Shown: positions 19,950-32,397 of the stretch, in pieces
How the letters are laid out: each line of letters starts with the position of its first letter
Numbering within the stretch: position 1 is the stretch's first letter
Origin: Myxococcota bacterium
GTDB lineage: Bacteria; Myxococcota_A; Polyangia; Nannocystales; Nannocystaceae
Assembly (NCBI GenBank): GCA_039028615.1
Contig: JBCCHT010000038.1
Location: 32,001 to 96,000, forward strand
DNA: 64,000 bases
Direction of reading: 5' to 3'
Made by a program: the position numbers and the translations under genes
The notes under the pieces: generated by a model
What the model was told of the DNA's origin: nothing
Database searches by the model: none
Seen by the model: only the letters and a program-made list of their open reading frames with translations

Positions 19950-20197
19950 CGGACGAGACGAGCATCACGGTAGCGCCCGGCAGCGGGCCTCGCGAGCGCC
20001 CGCGCCCTCGCGGTGCGCATGGAGCCGAATGGCCGCCCCTGGCCTTCGTAGCCGGTGCAAAACCACCGTCGGTCCTGCCCGGGCGGTGGTCGCTCGGTCG
20101 TGAACGCGGAGGCGCGGCGTCGTAGCGGCCCGAGCGCTCGCACCGCGGCCTTCGTCTTGACGCTCGGCGAGGGTCGATGCTGCGATGATGTCGACAG

Positions 20198-21931
20198 GTG
20201 ATGTCGTCGATGAATCGTCTCGGGCTGCGGACCCGCTTCATGACCGCGGTGGCCCTCGGGTTGGGGCTCGGACTCGCGGCCTCGTGCGGCCCGCCCGAGC
20301 TCCCCGAGCCGGTCGAACCGGTGGAGCCGGCCATCAATAGCGACGAGCTGTACTCCCTCGATCGCCTGCCCCGCTTCGACATCACGCTGGACGCCGCCGC
20401 CTGGGCTGCGCTCGAGGCCGAGCCCAAGGAGTGGGTGCGGGGGCGCTTCCAGTACGAGGATTCCGTCTACGAGAACGTGGGGGTGCGGCTCAAGGGCAAC
20501 CACTCGTTTCGCTCGCTCGACGAGAAGGCCTCGTTCAAGATCAAGTTCAACGAGTACATCAGCGGCACGCGGTTTCTGGGGCTCGAGGGGCTGACCCTCA
20601 ACAGCATGGTGGTCGATGGCTCGATGTTGCGAGAGTGGATCTCGTATCGAGTCTTCCGCCAGCTCGGTGTGCCCGCACCGCGAGTCGGCTATGCCGAGGT
20701 CTTCGTCAACGACGAACCCTACGGTCTGTACCTCAACCTCGAGCCCTACGATGACTCGTTCTTGCAGCGGGTCTATGCCGATCCCACGGGCAATTTGTAC
20801 GAGTCCGAGTCGAGTGCCGACATCCACGGTGACATCGAGAAGTGGGATCAAGACGAAGGCTCGGACCATAGTCGGCAGGACATCGCGGCGTTCTCCGAGC
20901 TGGCGCAGCGCGAGGGCAACGAGGTGTTCTACGGCCCCGAGTCGGTCGTCGACATGCCGCGCTTCCTCGCGTTCTTGGCCGGGGAAGCGATCGTGGGCCA
21001 CTTCGACGGCCACATGGCGGGCCACAACTTCTTCATCTACCACGAGCCCGCGGCGGGAACGTGGACGTACCTGCCTTGGGGGCTCGACCAGGCGCTGGCC
21101 CGACGCCCCGACCCCTACGCCCAAAACGGCTTCTTGGGCGACAAGTGCCTGCACGACGAGCGCTGCCTGGTCGACTACGTGAACGCCTCGAATGTGGCGC
21201 TCACCCAGCTGGCCAAGATCGACTTCGAGGCCGAGGTGGCGCAGGCCATCGAGCTGACCGACGACGCGATGCGCGAGGATCCGCGTCGCCCCTACTCGGT
21301 GGACACGGTGCTCTCCGGACGCGAGCGCTCGTTGGGCTACATCACCACGCGCGCCGACGACTTGGCTCCCCCGCTCGATTGCCTGGTGGACGGCGAGCAG
21401 CCCGACGCCGACGGCGATGGCTTCGGTCCTTGCTTTCAGGATTGCGACGAGAGCAATCCCGACATCCACCCCGAGGCCGAAGAACTCTGCGACGGGATCG
21501 ACAACGATTGCTCCGGGTTCATCGACGACGTCCCGAGCTGCGAGTGCCCTTCGGTCACGGTGGAGGGGCGCACGTTCTATCTGTGCCTCAATCGGCTGAC
21601 CTGGCTGCAGTCGCGTGAATACTGTGCGGAGCAGGGGCGGGTCCTGGCCCAGTTCGACAGCCCGGAGCAGATGGCCGAGGTCTGGGCGGCGGCGGACGAG
21701 ATCGCGTCGGGGCGCTGGGCCATCGGCCTGAACGATCGCGAGGTCGAAGAGGACTACCGCTGGCCCGACGGCAGCGCGCCCACCTTCTCGGGCTGGGCCG
21801 AGGGCGAGCCGGCGCACGTGCTCGACTGGTTCGACTGCGTGTTCCTGCACGGCGACGGGCTGTGGCACGAGTGCAACTGCATCGAGAAGGGCTCGTTCAT
21901 CTGCACCGACGACGAGTCGGCCGGCGAGTGA
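20198..21931 (+). CDS. CotH kinase-family lipoprotein with metal-binding repeat and C-type lectin domain
   Basis: VGVRLKGN.S, SFKIKF, RE..SY..F, YGLY.N.E, HNF.IY and LPWGLD (CotH). DADGDGFG..DCD.....HP.A.ELCDGIDNDC. W..SREYC..WAIGLND...E..YRW.DGS...FSGW..GEP (CTLD). Start may be at 20210. Confidence 0.85.
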   Translation: MMSSMNRLGLRTRFMTAVALGLGLGLAASCGPPELPEPVEPVEPAINSDELYSLDRLPRFDITLDAAAWAALEAEPKEWVRGRFQYEDSVYENVGVRLKGNHSFRSLDEKASFKIKFNEYISGTRFLGLEGLTLNSMVVDGSMLREWISYRVFRQLGVPAPRVGYAEVFVNDEPYGLYLNLEPYDDSFLQRVYADPTGNLYESESSADIHGDIEKWDQDEGSDHSRQDIAAFSELAQREGNEVFYGPESVVDMPRFLAFLAGEAIVGHFDGHMAGHNFFIYHEPAAGTWTYLPWGLDQALARRPDPYAQNGFLGDKCLHDERCLVDYVNASNVALTQLAKIDFEAEVAQAIELTDDAMREDPRRPYSVDTVLSGRERSLGYITTRADDLAPPLDCLVDGEQPDADGDGFGPCFQDCDESNPDIHPEAEELCDGIDNDCSGFIDDVPSCECPSVTVEGRTFYLCLNRLTWLQSREYCAEQGRVLAQFDSPEQMAEVWAAADEIASGRWAIGLNDREVEEDYRWPDGSAPTFSGWAEGEPAHVLDWFDCVFLHGDGLWHECNCIEKGSFICTDDESAGE

Positions 21932-22179
21932 AGCCCGACCCGGGTGAACCGTCGTTTCGGGTCAGCACGGCACGAACACGACGAAACGGGCGGGCCTATG
22001 GCAGGCGATCCCGGGCCGCTGCGTTCGCGGCTACGTACTCGATCTGGGCCACGCGAACGCTGTGAGGGCCATCGTGACGAGCCCCGTGCCCATGCTCGTG
22101 AGCCGAGGCGGCCACCCTGGGTCAGGCTCGTCCCGAGAGGGGACCGACACGAATTGTCGCATTCGTCTACGATGAGGCA

Positions 22180-22671
22180 GTGGGAGCCGTCGAGCACCAC
22201 GACTCGGGCGACGGCTCATTGATCCTCGATGACCGGTTGTTTCCCGTGGTCCTCGGCACGTGGATCGGTGAGATCGACGTGTCCATGGTGGAGCTGTACT
22301 ACGGCTGGCTCGACGGCATGATCGAGCGGGCGGAATCCGAGCACACGCGAATCGTGACGGTGACCGATGGCCTCGATGCTCGGCGACCCCGAGGCGAGGT
22401 GCGACGCGCGTTTGCGGAGCACACCGATGCACGGCAGGCGAGCATGGACCGAGCGGTGATCGGCACGGTGGTGGCGACGCGCGGCCCCGTGCTGCTGGGC
22501 GCGGTGGCGGCCGTCTTCTGGATGATGCGAGGCGGTCCGCGCTTGCTGACCACGAGCGACATGCCCAAGGCGCTCGAGCGTACGCGCAAGATCTTGGTGG
22601 CCAACGGCGTGCGGCCGCCCCGTGACTTCGACCCGTCGCGCTACGAGCGACCGCCGCGGCCGAGCGGTTAG
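22180..22671 (+). CDS. Myxobacterial hypothetical protein (STAS/SEC14-like)
   Basis: FPVVL.TW.G, ..D....RP..EVRR.FA. TACGAT lies 6 nt upstream of the GTG. Confidence 0.6.
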   Translation: MGAVEHHDSGDGSLILDDRLFPVVLGTWIGEIDVSMVELYYGWLDGMIERAESEHTRIVTVTDGLDARRPRGEVRRAFAEHTDARQASMDRAVIGTVVATRGPVLLGAVAAVFWMMRGGPRLLTTSDMPKALERTRKILVANGVRPPRDFDPSRYERPPRPSG

Positions 22672-23033
22672 CGATACGGGCGGTAGGGCGGCGCTTGGCC
22701 GCGCCGCCGGGCACGAGCCCGGCTGTTTTGTTCGCGCACCGAGACCGCCCCGGCCACGATCATCGCGAGCTGAGCCGCGACCGCCACCGCGGTGTACATG
22801 CCTCGGGCCCGCGGCGAACTCTGCACGCGCGCGAGGTCGGTGGGCGGCGGCGGGAGCCGAGGGATGAGCGCCAGGTTGGGCGGAGGCTCGGGTTCGGCCT
22901 CGGGCTCGGTCGCATGCCGCAGATCGAGCGACGCCGTGTAGCCGATGCCGTCGTAAAACGGAGCCTCACCCCCAGCGGGCGGAGCCACGAGCACCACGGC
23001 CAATGCCACGCTCGTTCCAATTGCACCGACCAT
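22668..23033 (-). CDS. Small hypothetical membrane/secreted protein
   Basis: N-terminal signal-like stretch and C-terminal TM with basic tail. TATGGT lies 6 nt upstream. Confidence 0.5.
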   Translation of the reverse strand: MVGAIGTSVALAVVLVAPPAGGEAPFYDGIGYTASLDLRHATEPEAEPEPPPNLALIPRLPPPPTDLARVQSSPRARGMYTAVAVAAQLAMIVAGAVSVREQNSRARARRRGQAPPYRPYR

Positions 23034-23069
23034 GGTCTCACCATAGCAGTCGGGCTCCAGCGGCGCGGG

Positions 23070-24436
<1,367 letters not shown>

Positions 24437-24437
<1 letters not shown>

Positions 24438-25948
24438 CACCAGCTCTTGATCGTATGGAGGGCGCCCGAGCGCAGCTCGACCCATTGGGTGGTGCGCCCC
24501 AGCTGTGGGTTTTCCAGCTCCACCTCGTAGCGACCGGGCGGGAGCTCGACTTCGATGGGGACGCGGCCCTGCGGTTCGCCGTCGATGCGGACCTCGGCCC
24601 AGGGCAGGACGTTGATCTTGAGTCGGCCCGGCTCGACGTCGGCCGGGGGCGGCGTGGGCTTGCGTGGTTGAGTGGACGGCGGGCGAGCCTTGGGCTGAGG
24701 CTCGGGCTCGGCCGTCGGGGTGACGGGGGCAGCGGCGGGGGGCGCCAGTGATGGTTCCTCGGCCGTGGGCGCGGGCTCTGGTTCGGGAGGCGTTTGCGGC
24801 GTTGGCTCAGGCTGCCGGGCGCGGTCGCTCGTCGGCGTTGCTGCGGCGGTCGGTGGTTCGTCCGGGCGCGCCGCGAGGGACGGAGAGTCGTCCTCTTTCA
24901 TGCCCCACTGCATCCACGCGACGAGTCCGAGCCCAAGGCCGAGCACGACGACCATCGGTATCCATCGCCCGCGCTCGGGGGCAGCGGGGGCCGGTGCTGC
25001 AACGGGAGCGGTCGCTTGGCGGTCTCCGTCGTCCTCGCCCAGCAGCGCCGAGTCCAGCGCGATGGCCTCGGCGACCGGAGCCTGCTTGCGCGCCCGTCGA
25101 ACCCAAGACGAAAGCCGGCCCGGTCCAGCATCGACGTCTCGTGCGGCCCGCCAGCGCTGCAGCGCTCGCAGCAGCCTGTCGATGTCCGCGTACCGATCGG
25201 CGGGAGCCTCGGCCGTCGCCCGCTCGACGATCGCTCGCAGGTCTCCATCGATGCGGGGATCGAGGCTGAGTTCCTCGCGCTCGCCCTGCTCCAGCACGAG
25301 CTGCCCGAGCACCAAGCCCAGCGCATATTGATCGGCACGTCCGTCGACCCCTCGGCCCTGCGCTTGCTCGGGCGCGAGATAGGCGGGCGTACCCTTGACC
25401 ACGCCGGGCAGGGTGTCGTCGCGCTCGTCGGCCACCTTGGCGATGCCGAAGTCGGCCAGCTTCACCACGCCATCGCGCGACAGCAGCACGTTCTTGGGTT
25501 TGATGTCGCGGTGCACGATCGCCAGCGGGGTGCCGTCCTCGTCGCTGAGCCCATGGGCGTAGCGCAGGGCGGCGGCGAGCTCCTCGACCACGAACAGCGC
25601 CTCGGACAGCCCCATGCGCTCGCGGTGCCGGGCCAGATCGCGGTGGAGGTCGAAGAGCGAGCAGCCGTCGACGTGCTCCATCACCACGTAGGGCTGCCCC
25701 GACTGCACGCCGAAGTCGAAGACCTGCACGATGTTGCCGTGCTGGAGCCGTTGGGCCAGTCGAGCTTCGCGGGCGAGGCCTTCGACCAGCTCGGGCTCGT
25801 CGGCGACATGAGGCCGCAGGCACTTGACGACGAGGCTCTTGGCAAAGCCCGCGGCGCCCTCGGCCGAGGCCCGGTAGACGTCGGCGACCCCTCCCGTTCC
25901 GATGCGCTCCCCGATGCGGTAGCGCCCCAACCGTCTGGCGACGCTCAT
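24437..25948 (-). CDS. Membrane Ser/Thr protein kinase with C-terminal PEGA-like domain
   Basis: IGTGG...[13 protein letters not shown] and GTPAYLAPE, then a TM, a Pro-rich linker and PWAEVRIDG. The stop overlaps the next ATG. Confidence 0.93.
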
Positions 25949-25977
25949 CGGCCACATGGTACCGTCCGAATTCGCCG

Positions 25978-27186
25978 ATGCCGGGCACGCGATCGACTGC
26001 GCTCGTAACCGCGTTGAGCCTGGGGTTGGCGGCGACGCCCGCGTGGGCGGGACCCACCGTGATGGTGTGGCCGGGCGAGGCGCAGGCGCCGGTTGCTCGC
26101 GCGGAGGCGTCGTTGCGCGGGTCCGGGCACGAGGTTCGAGCGCGGGCCGATGTCGACGCGGAGATCGGTGACCGTCGCGGAGCGCTGGCGCTGCAGACCC
26201 GCGAGCGTAGCGACGGCATCGAGCGTGCGCTGACCACCGCCGAGGGCCGCTACCTGAGCCAAGAGTTCGACGCGATGCTCGAGGGGCTTTCGGGGGCCGA
26301 GGCCGACGCGCTCGCCCTGGCTCGACCCGGGCACTGCGAGGGGCTGTGGGCGCTGCAGTTTCAGCGGGGTCTCGGTCGAGGCGCACGCGGGCTGCCAGGC
26401 GACGCCGAGGCGTCGGAGGATCGCTATGGCCTCGCGCTCGAGCTCGATGGACAGCGTCGCCCGCTGCACGAGGTGTACGGCCCGGACGTGAGCGCGGCGT
26501 TCTTGCGTGCCGTCCAGCGGCAGAGCCTGCGGGTGCCGACGTCGGTCCCCGTGCAGGTGGAGCCGGCCGACGCCACGGTGGAGATCGATTGCCAGCCGGT
26601 GGATTCGCGGAGCCCCTCGTTGCGACCGGGGCTGCATGCGGTCCGGGTGAGCGCGCCCGGCTTCGCGCCGCATGTCGCCGTCGTGGACCTGCGGTCGAGC
26701 TCCACCGTCGATGTTCAGCTCGTGGCTCTGCCCGCCAGTGAGCGCGCGTCTCATCGCTGGGCCGACAGCACGGACTCCGAAGGGGTCGACGATGGATCCG
26801 AGTCGGCGCATGCCGCCGTGCTGTCCGTGGCCGAGTCGGAGGGGGCGGTCGCGGTCTTGGTGCTCAGCCCGGTCGAGGGGGGCTGGCGCGTGCGCCCCTG
26901 GGGCCGCGATGGCATCGGGTCCGCGGTGGAGCGTGCCGATCTGGACGTCGCCCTCGATGCGGCGATGAAGCTGCTCGACGACGAAGGGCACCTGCACACC
27001 CCGGCGCCCGTGGTGGCCGAGCTTCCGCTGCAGGACCCACCGACGGGGCGCCGCTCGGTGTTTCGCACGTGGTGGTTTTGGACCGCGGCCGCGACGGTCG
27101 TCGCCACCGGGGTCGCCGTCGGCCTGGGCGTGGGACTCGGTCGTCGTAGCTCCTCGCCCGAACAGCTGGTCATCGTGGCCCGCTGA
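25978..27186 (+). CDS. Secreted PEGA-like domain protein with C-terminal TM
   Basis: Signal peptide, V.VEPADATVEID..LRPG.H.VRVSAPGF and WWFWTAAA TM. Confidence 0.75.
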   Translation: MPGTRSTALVTALSLGLAATPAWAGPTVMVWPGEAQAPVARAEASLRGSGHEVRARADVDAEIGDRRGALALQTRERSDGIERALTTAEGRYLSQEFDAMLEGLSGAEADALALARPGHCEGLWALQFQRGLGRGARGLPGDAEASEDRYGLALELDGQRRPLHEVYGPDVSAAFLRAVQRQSLRVPTSVPVQVEPADATVEIDCQPVDSRSPSLRPGLHAVRVSAPGFAPHVAVVDLRSSSTVDVQLVALPASERASHRWADSTDSEGVDDGSESAHAAVLSVAESEGAVAVLVLSPVEGGWRVRPWGRDGIGSAVERADLDVALDAAMKLLDDEGHLHTPAPVVAELPLQDPPTGRRSVFRTWWFWTAAATVVATGVAVGLGVGLGRRSSSPEQLVIVAR

Positions 27187-27203
27187 CGAGGCGCATCGCG
27201 AGC

Positions 27204-28121
27204 TCACTCGTCTGCGGGCTCCTCGTCCATGGCCGCGCAGGACAGCGTGACCTCGAGCGTCTTGCCCAGGGGACCGGTGACCTGCACCGTGTCCTCGCCC
27301 GTGTAGATCCACCGCAGCAGGCTGCCGGATCGGAAGCTCACCTCCACCTCCCCCGCCTGCGGGCACGACAGCGGGCAGCGTCGGACGCCGCGGCTGCTGA
27401 TCACGATGTCGCCCAGCGTCCCGTCGAGGGGCTCGTCGGTCTGCTCGATCTGGAGGCGGCTGCCGACCTCCATGTCCACGCAGCCGCTGTCATCGGTGCG
27501 CCAGCGGGCGGTGGAGAGCATGTCGAAGCGCGGGCCGATGCGGGTCTCGAGCGTGTAGCCGGGGCTGGTCTGCCACTGCATGGGCTCGGCCGGATCGACG
27601 GGGGCGCGCAGCCGAGCCGGCCCGGAGAAGCGGTTGCGCCGACCCTGGCGGGGCCCGAGGGCGAGCTCGGCGATGTCGAGCTCCCACGCGACGGCGGTCG
27701 GGCAGAAATCATCGGCACACGCGCTGGCGTCGGCTTGCTCGAGCTGCGCCACCGCCTCGACCTCGGCATCGAAGGTCCACGCCAGGACCGGACACTCGCG
27801 GAGGACTGCGGACAAGGCGGTGCCGTCGGCCTCGATTTGCAGCGTCTCGCACCCGAAGCGAGAGAATTCGTCGACCAGGGACTGGCGGGTGTCATCGACG
27901 GCCAGGTCGAGGAACGTCTCCGCGTCGTCCGCTTGCAGCGCGGGGTCGACCGCGAAGTGCAGGCCGAAGAACACCAGCCGAGGAATGCCCTCGAGGCTGC
28001 TCGCGGCCAGGCCCACCGCGCGGGTGTCCGAGACGTCGGGCGCGGACGACGACGCGGGCGCGGGGTCGCAGCCCAGCCCGAGCAGCAGCCCGATTGCCAT
28101 GCGTGTCGCCCCGGTCCTCAT
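27204..28121 (-). CDS. Hypothetical lipoprotein
   Basis: Lipobox LGLGC, paired Cys residues and upstream GAGGA RBS. Confidence 0.7.
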   Translation of the reverse strand: MRTGATRMAIGLLLGLGCDPAPASSSAPDVSDTRAVGLAASSLEGIPRLVFFGLHFAVDPALQADDAETFLDLAVDDTRQSLVDEFSRFGCETLQIEADGTALSAVLRECPVLAWTFDAEVEAVAQLEQADASACADDFCPTAVAWELDIAELALGPRQGRRNRFSGPARLRAPVDPAEPMQWQTSPGYTLETRIGPRFDMLSTARWRTDDSGCVDMEVGSRLQIEQTDEPLDGTLGDIVISSRGVRRCPLSCPQAGEVEVSFRSGSLLRWIYTGEDTVQVTGPLGKTLEVTLSCAAMDEEPADE

Positions 28122-28148
28122 CGATCGATCCTCACCGTGTTCATGGTG

Positions 28149-28164
28149 TGCACGCGCCGTACCG
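28149..28164 (-). promoter_or_regulatory. Putative sigma-54 -24/-12 promoter
   Basis: CGGTACGGCGCGTGCA (GG-N10-GC) lies 28 nt upstream of the ATG at 28121. Confidence 0.35.
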
Positions 28165-28238
28165 GATCGCGAGGCAATGATCTCGCAGGGTCGCACGGGG
28201 GACGGGCGCTGACCTCGACAGTTGTCCATGGTCGCTCG

Positions 28239-28706
28239 TCAGGGTTCGGGGCAGAACTCGGGCAGGGTGGTGGGGCACTCGTTGTCGGTGAGCGCCACGG
28301 TGAGGTCGGCCGTGCTCGTGGTGCCGATATCGGCGAAGCCACAGACGAGGAACGGACCGTGGGCGTCGCACAGCCCGCCCGATCGTCCGATGACGGCCAC
28401 CTGGTGCGCGGCGTCATGGTCGACCTCGACCAAGGGCTCGACCTGTCTCAGCGCGTCTTGCAGATCGTCGCTGGTCTGTGGGGAGCCCAGATCGAGGGGG
28501 TAGAGGCAGCGCCGGGCCAGGGTGCACAGCTCGGTGGTCTGCTGGACGCCGTAGACCTCCACCGACAGCACGCCCAGCTCGCCCAGCCTCGGCTCGACCG
28601 CGCTGGCGTCGACGGTCAGGTGCAACTCGCGCACGCTCGCCGGGGGCGTGCACGCGGTCGCCGCACAAGCCGCCAAACCGAGCTGGATCGCCCACCGTCC
28701 GGCCAC
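28239..28706 (-). CDS. Small Cys-containing hypothetical lipoprotein
   Basis: Lipobox-like AATAC. TATCCT lies 7 nt upstream of the GTG. Confidence 0.65.
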   Translation of the reverse strand: MAGRWAIQLGLAACAATACTPPASVRELHLTVDASAVEPRLGELGVLSVEVYGVQQTTELCTLARRCLYPLDLGSPQTSDDLQDALRQVEPLVEVDHDAAHQVAVIGRSGGLCDAHGPFLVCGFADIGTTSTADLTVALTDNECPTTLPEFCPEP

Positions 28707-28803
28707 GAGCCGCAGGATAGCGTTCGATGGCTCTCCCGCACCGAAACCCTCAACCAACGGAAAAATCTTGAATGTGGTGTTTGTTAGCTTTAGCTTGAGA
28801 GCA

Positions 28804-29754
28804 GTGCAATGGAGGGGCGGTGGACTCTGGGCCCTGGCGGCAGCGGCCGTCAGCTGCGCTCCTGGCGGCGAAGAGCCCTCGGGGTCGGCGAGTTCCAGTG
28901 GGTCCCTCGGCAGCACGAGCAGCGAAACATCGTCGTCGTCCTCGGGTCTAGGGAGCACCACCGGATTCGGGATGGAAGGCCCGGCCGACGACGAGTCGGG
29001 CGTGGGTTTCGTGGCGCCGCTGGATGTGGCGTGTGGCGATGCCTCGGCTGCGACGTCTCCCCACTGCGCTCTGTGCAGCGTCCGAGAGCAGAATTGCATC
29101 GACGATTTCAAGTGCGTGCCCTGGGCCGAAGACGGCGGCGACGCGTGGAACGGCACCCGCTGCATCGAGCCCCCACGCAGCCCGGTACAGCTCGGCGATC
29201 CGTGCACCATCGACGGCGGCCTCGCCTCCGGTCAGGACGACTGCCCCAAGGGCTCGATGTGTTGGGACGCCGACCCGCGTACGGGGGCCGGTCGATGCGT
29301 CGCCTTTTGTGCGCCCGCAGACGACGACCCGGTGTGCCCCGCGGACACCGGTTGCATGATCGATGGCTTCGGTGTCTTGGCCCTGTGCCTGCCGCCCTGC
29401 GATCCGCTCGAGCCCACCTGCGAGGCGGGGCACAGCTGTCGCTACTTCCCCGCGAGCCAGGCCGCGTACTGCATCCCCGACGAGGGCGGCGAGGTGTTGG
29501 TGCCCACCGTGCAGTGTGGCGACGACACGGTGTGCGACGAGGCGCAGGTCTGCATCTCGGCCGGGACCTTCGGCGGCTGCGGAACGCCGAGTTGCTGCAC
29601 CCTGTGGTGCGACGTCGACGATCCCGAGGCGGACGCCCAGTGTGCGGCGACCCGCGAAAACCACGTCTGCGTGCCGCTGTTCGATCGCGAGCCCATTGCC
29701 CCCGAAACTGCGCATCTCGGCTTCTGTGCGCTGCCTCCCGACGAGCCGGAGTGA
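28804..29754 (+). CDS. Cys-rich lipoprotein (paralog 1)
   Basis: Lipobox AAVSC, S/T linker, KCVPWAEDGGDAWNGTRC and DDCPKGSMCW. Confidence 0.8.
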   Translation: MQWRGGGLWALAAAAVSCAPGGEEPSGSASSSGSLGSTSSETSSSSSGLGSTTGFGMEGPADDESGVGFVAPLDVACGDASAATSPHCALCSVREQNCIDDFKCVPWAEDGGDAWNGTRCIEPPRSPVQLGDPCTIDGGLASGQDDCPKGSMCWDADPRTGAGRCVAFCAPADDDPVCPADTGCMIDGFGVLALCLPPCDPLEPTCEAGHSCRYFPASQAAYCIPDEGGEVLVPTVQCGDDTVCDEAQVCISAGTFGGCGTPSCCTLWCDVDDPEADAQCAATRENHVCVPLFDREPIAPETAHLGFCALPPDEPE

Positions 29755-29758
29755 GACC

Positions 29759-30700
29759 TTGACCCTGCGCATTCGTCATTCGTCGTTGGTGGTGCTCGCC
29801 TCGTTCTTGCTCGCATGCAGAACGGAACAGAGCGCCGCGGGTGACTCGACGGCGGCCGAAAGCTCGGGTCAGCCCTTGCCCGGGCCGGGCACGAGCGGTG
29901 GCCCGAGCTCGACGCCGGCCGGCACTTCGGGCGAAGACACCGGGCTCGGCCCCGAGGACAGCGGCGACTCGTCGGGCGGCGCTGCGTTTCTCAGCGAGCC
30001 CGACGGCGGCGGCACCTGTGTCGTCTCCGACGACGGCACCTGGCACTGCAGCGCCTGCGACGTGGTGTTGCAGGACTGCCCGGCCGGTGAAAAATGCATG
30101 CCGTGGGCCAACGACGGCGGCGGGGTCTGGAACGCCACCCGCTGCTCGCCGATCGCTCCCGATCCGGTCGGCCCCGGAGAGTCGTGCACGGTCGAAGGCA
30201 GCGCGACCTCGGGCTTCGACGACTGCGACCTCGACTCGATGTGCTGGGGGGTCGACCCCGACACGCTCATCGGCACGTGCGCTCCGTTCTGTGACCCGAT
30301 GCAGCCGCAAGAGCACTGCTCCGAGGCGGAGACCTGCGTCGAGGCCAACGACGGCGTGATCTCGCTGTGTCTGTCGCGCTGCGATCCGCTCCAGCCCGAC
30401 ACCTGCACCGAGGGGGAGACCTGCACCATTGTCGGGGGAGACCCGGTCTGCGTACCGTCGTTCAACGGCGGGGGTCAGACCTGCGGGGAGACCCGATGTG
30501 ACCCGGGGCAGCTGTGTGCTCCGGCCGACGTGGTGGCCGAGTGCGACGACACCTACTGCTGCACGCCCTGGTGCGATCTGGATGCTGCCGAACCGGACCT
30601 CGCATGCCCGGTCAGAGGAGAATTGTGTCAGCCCTATTACCCCGATGGGGACGCCCCAGCGGGCTTTGAGCACGTCGGATACTGCGGTGTCCCGATGTGA
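29759..30700 (+). CDS. Cys-rich lipoprotein (paralog 2)
   Basis: Lipobox FLLAC, QDCPAGEKCMPWANDGGGVWNATRCSP and DDCDLDSMCW. Confidence 0.8.
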   Translation: MTLRIRHSSLVVLASFLLACRTEQSAAGDSTAAESSGQPLPGPGTSGGPSSTPAGTSGEDTGLGPEDSGDSSGGAAFLSEPDGGGTCVVSDDGTWHCSACDVVLQDCPAGEKCMPWANDGGGVWNATRCSPIAPDPVGPGESCTVEGSATSGFDDCDLDSMCWGVDPDTLIGTCAPFCDPMQPQEHCSEAETCVEANDGVISLCLSRCDPLQPDTCTEGETCTIVGGDPVCVPSFNGGGQTCGETRCDPGQLCAPADVVAECDDTYCCTPWCDLDAAEPDLACPVRGELCQPYYPDGDAPAGFEHVGYCGVPM

Positions 30701-30877
30701 TCTCACATGATGCCGCATCCGACGCGGTGAGCGGGTGAGCCGTTCTCGTCGGTCGCGCAACGGCGCATTCGAGCCAACCCGCCCGCATGGGGAGGGGAGT
30801 GTGTCGACGGTACGGCCCGTTCCGGCCGGCGATTGCTATGATGGTGATTCGTGGCCTTCGGGCCACCGGTTCCGAGC

Positions 30878-32392
<1,515 letters not shown>

Positions 32393-32397
32393 CCGCC

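Noticed and set aside
28804..30700. CRISPR array or DNA tandem repeat
   Set aside because: The similarity is between paralogous coding sequences. No regularly spaced identical repeats were seen anywhere in the window.
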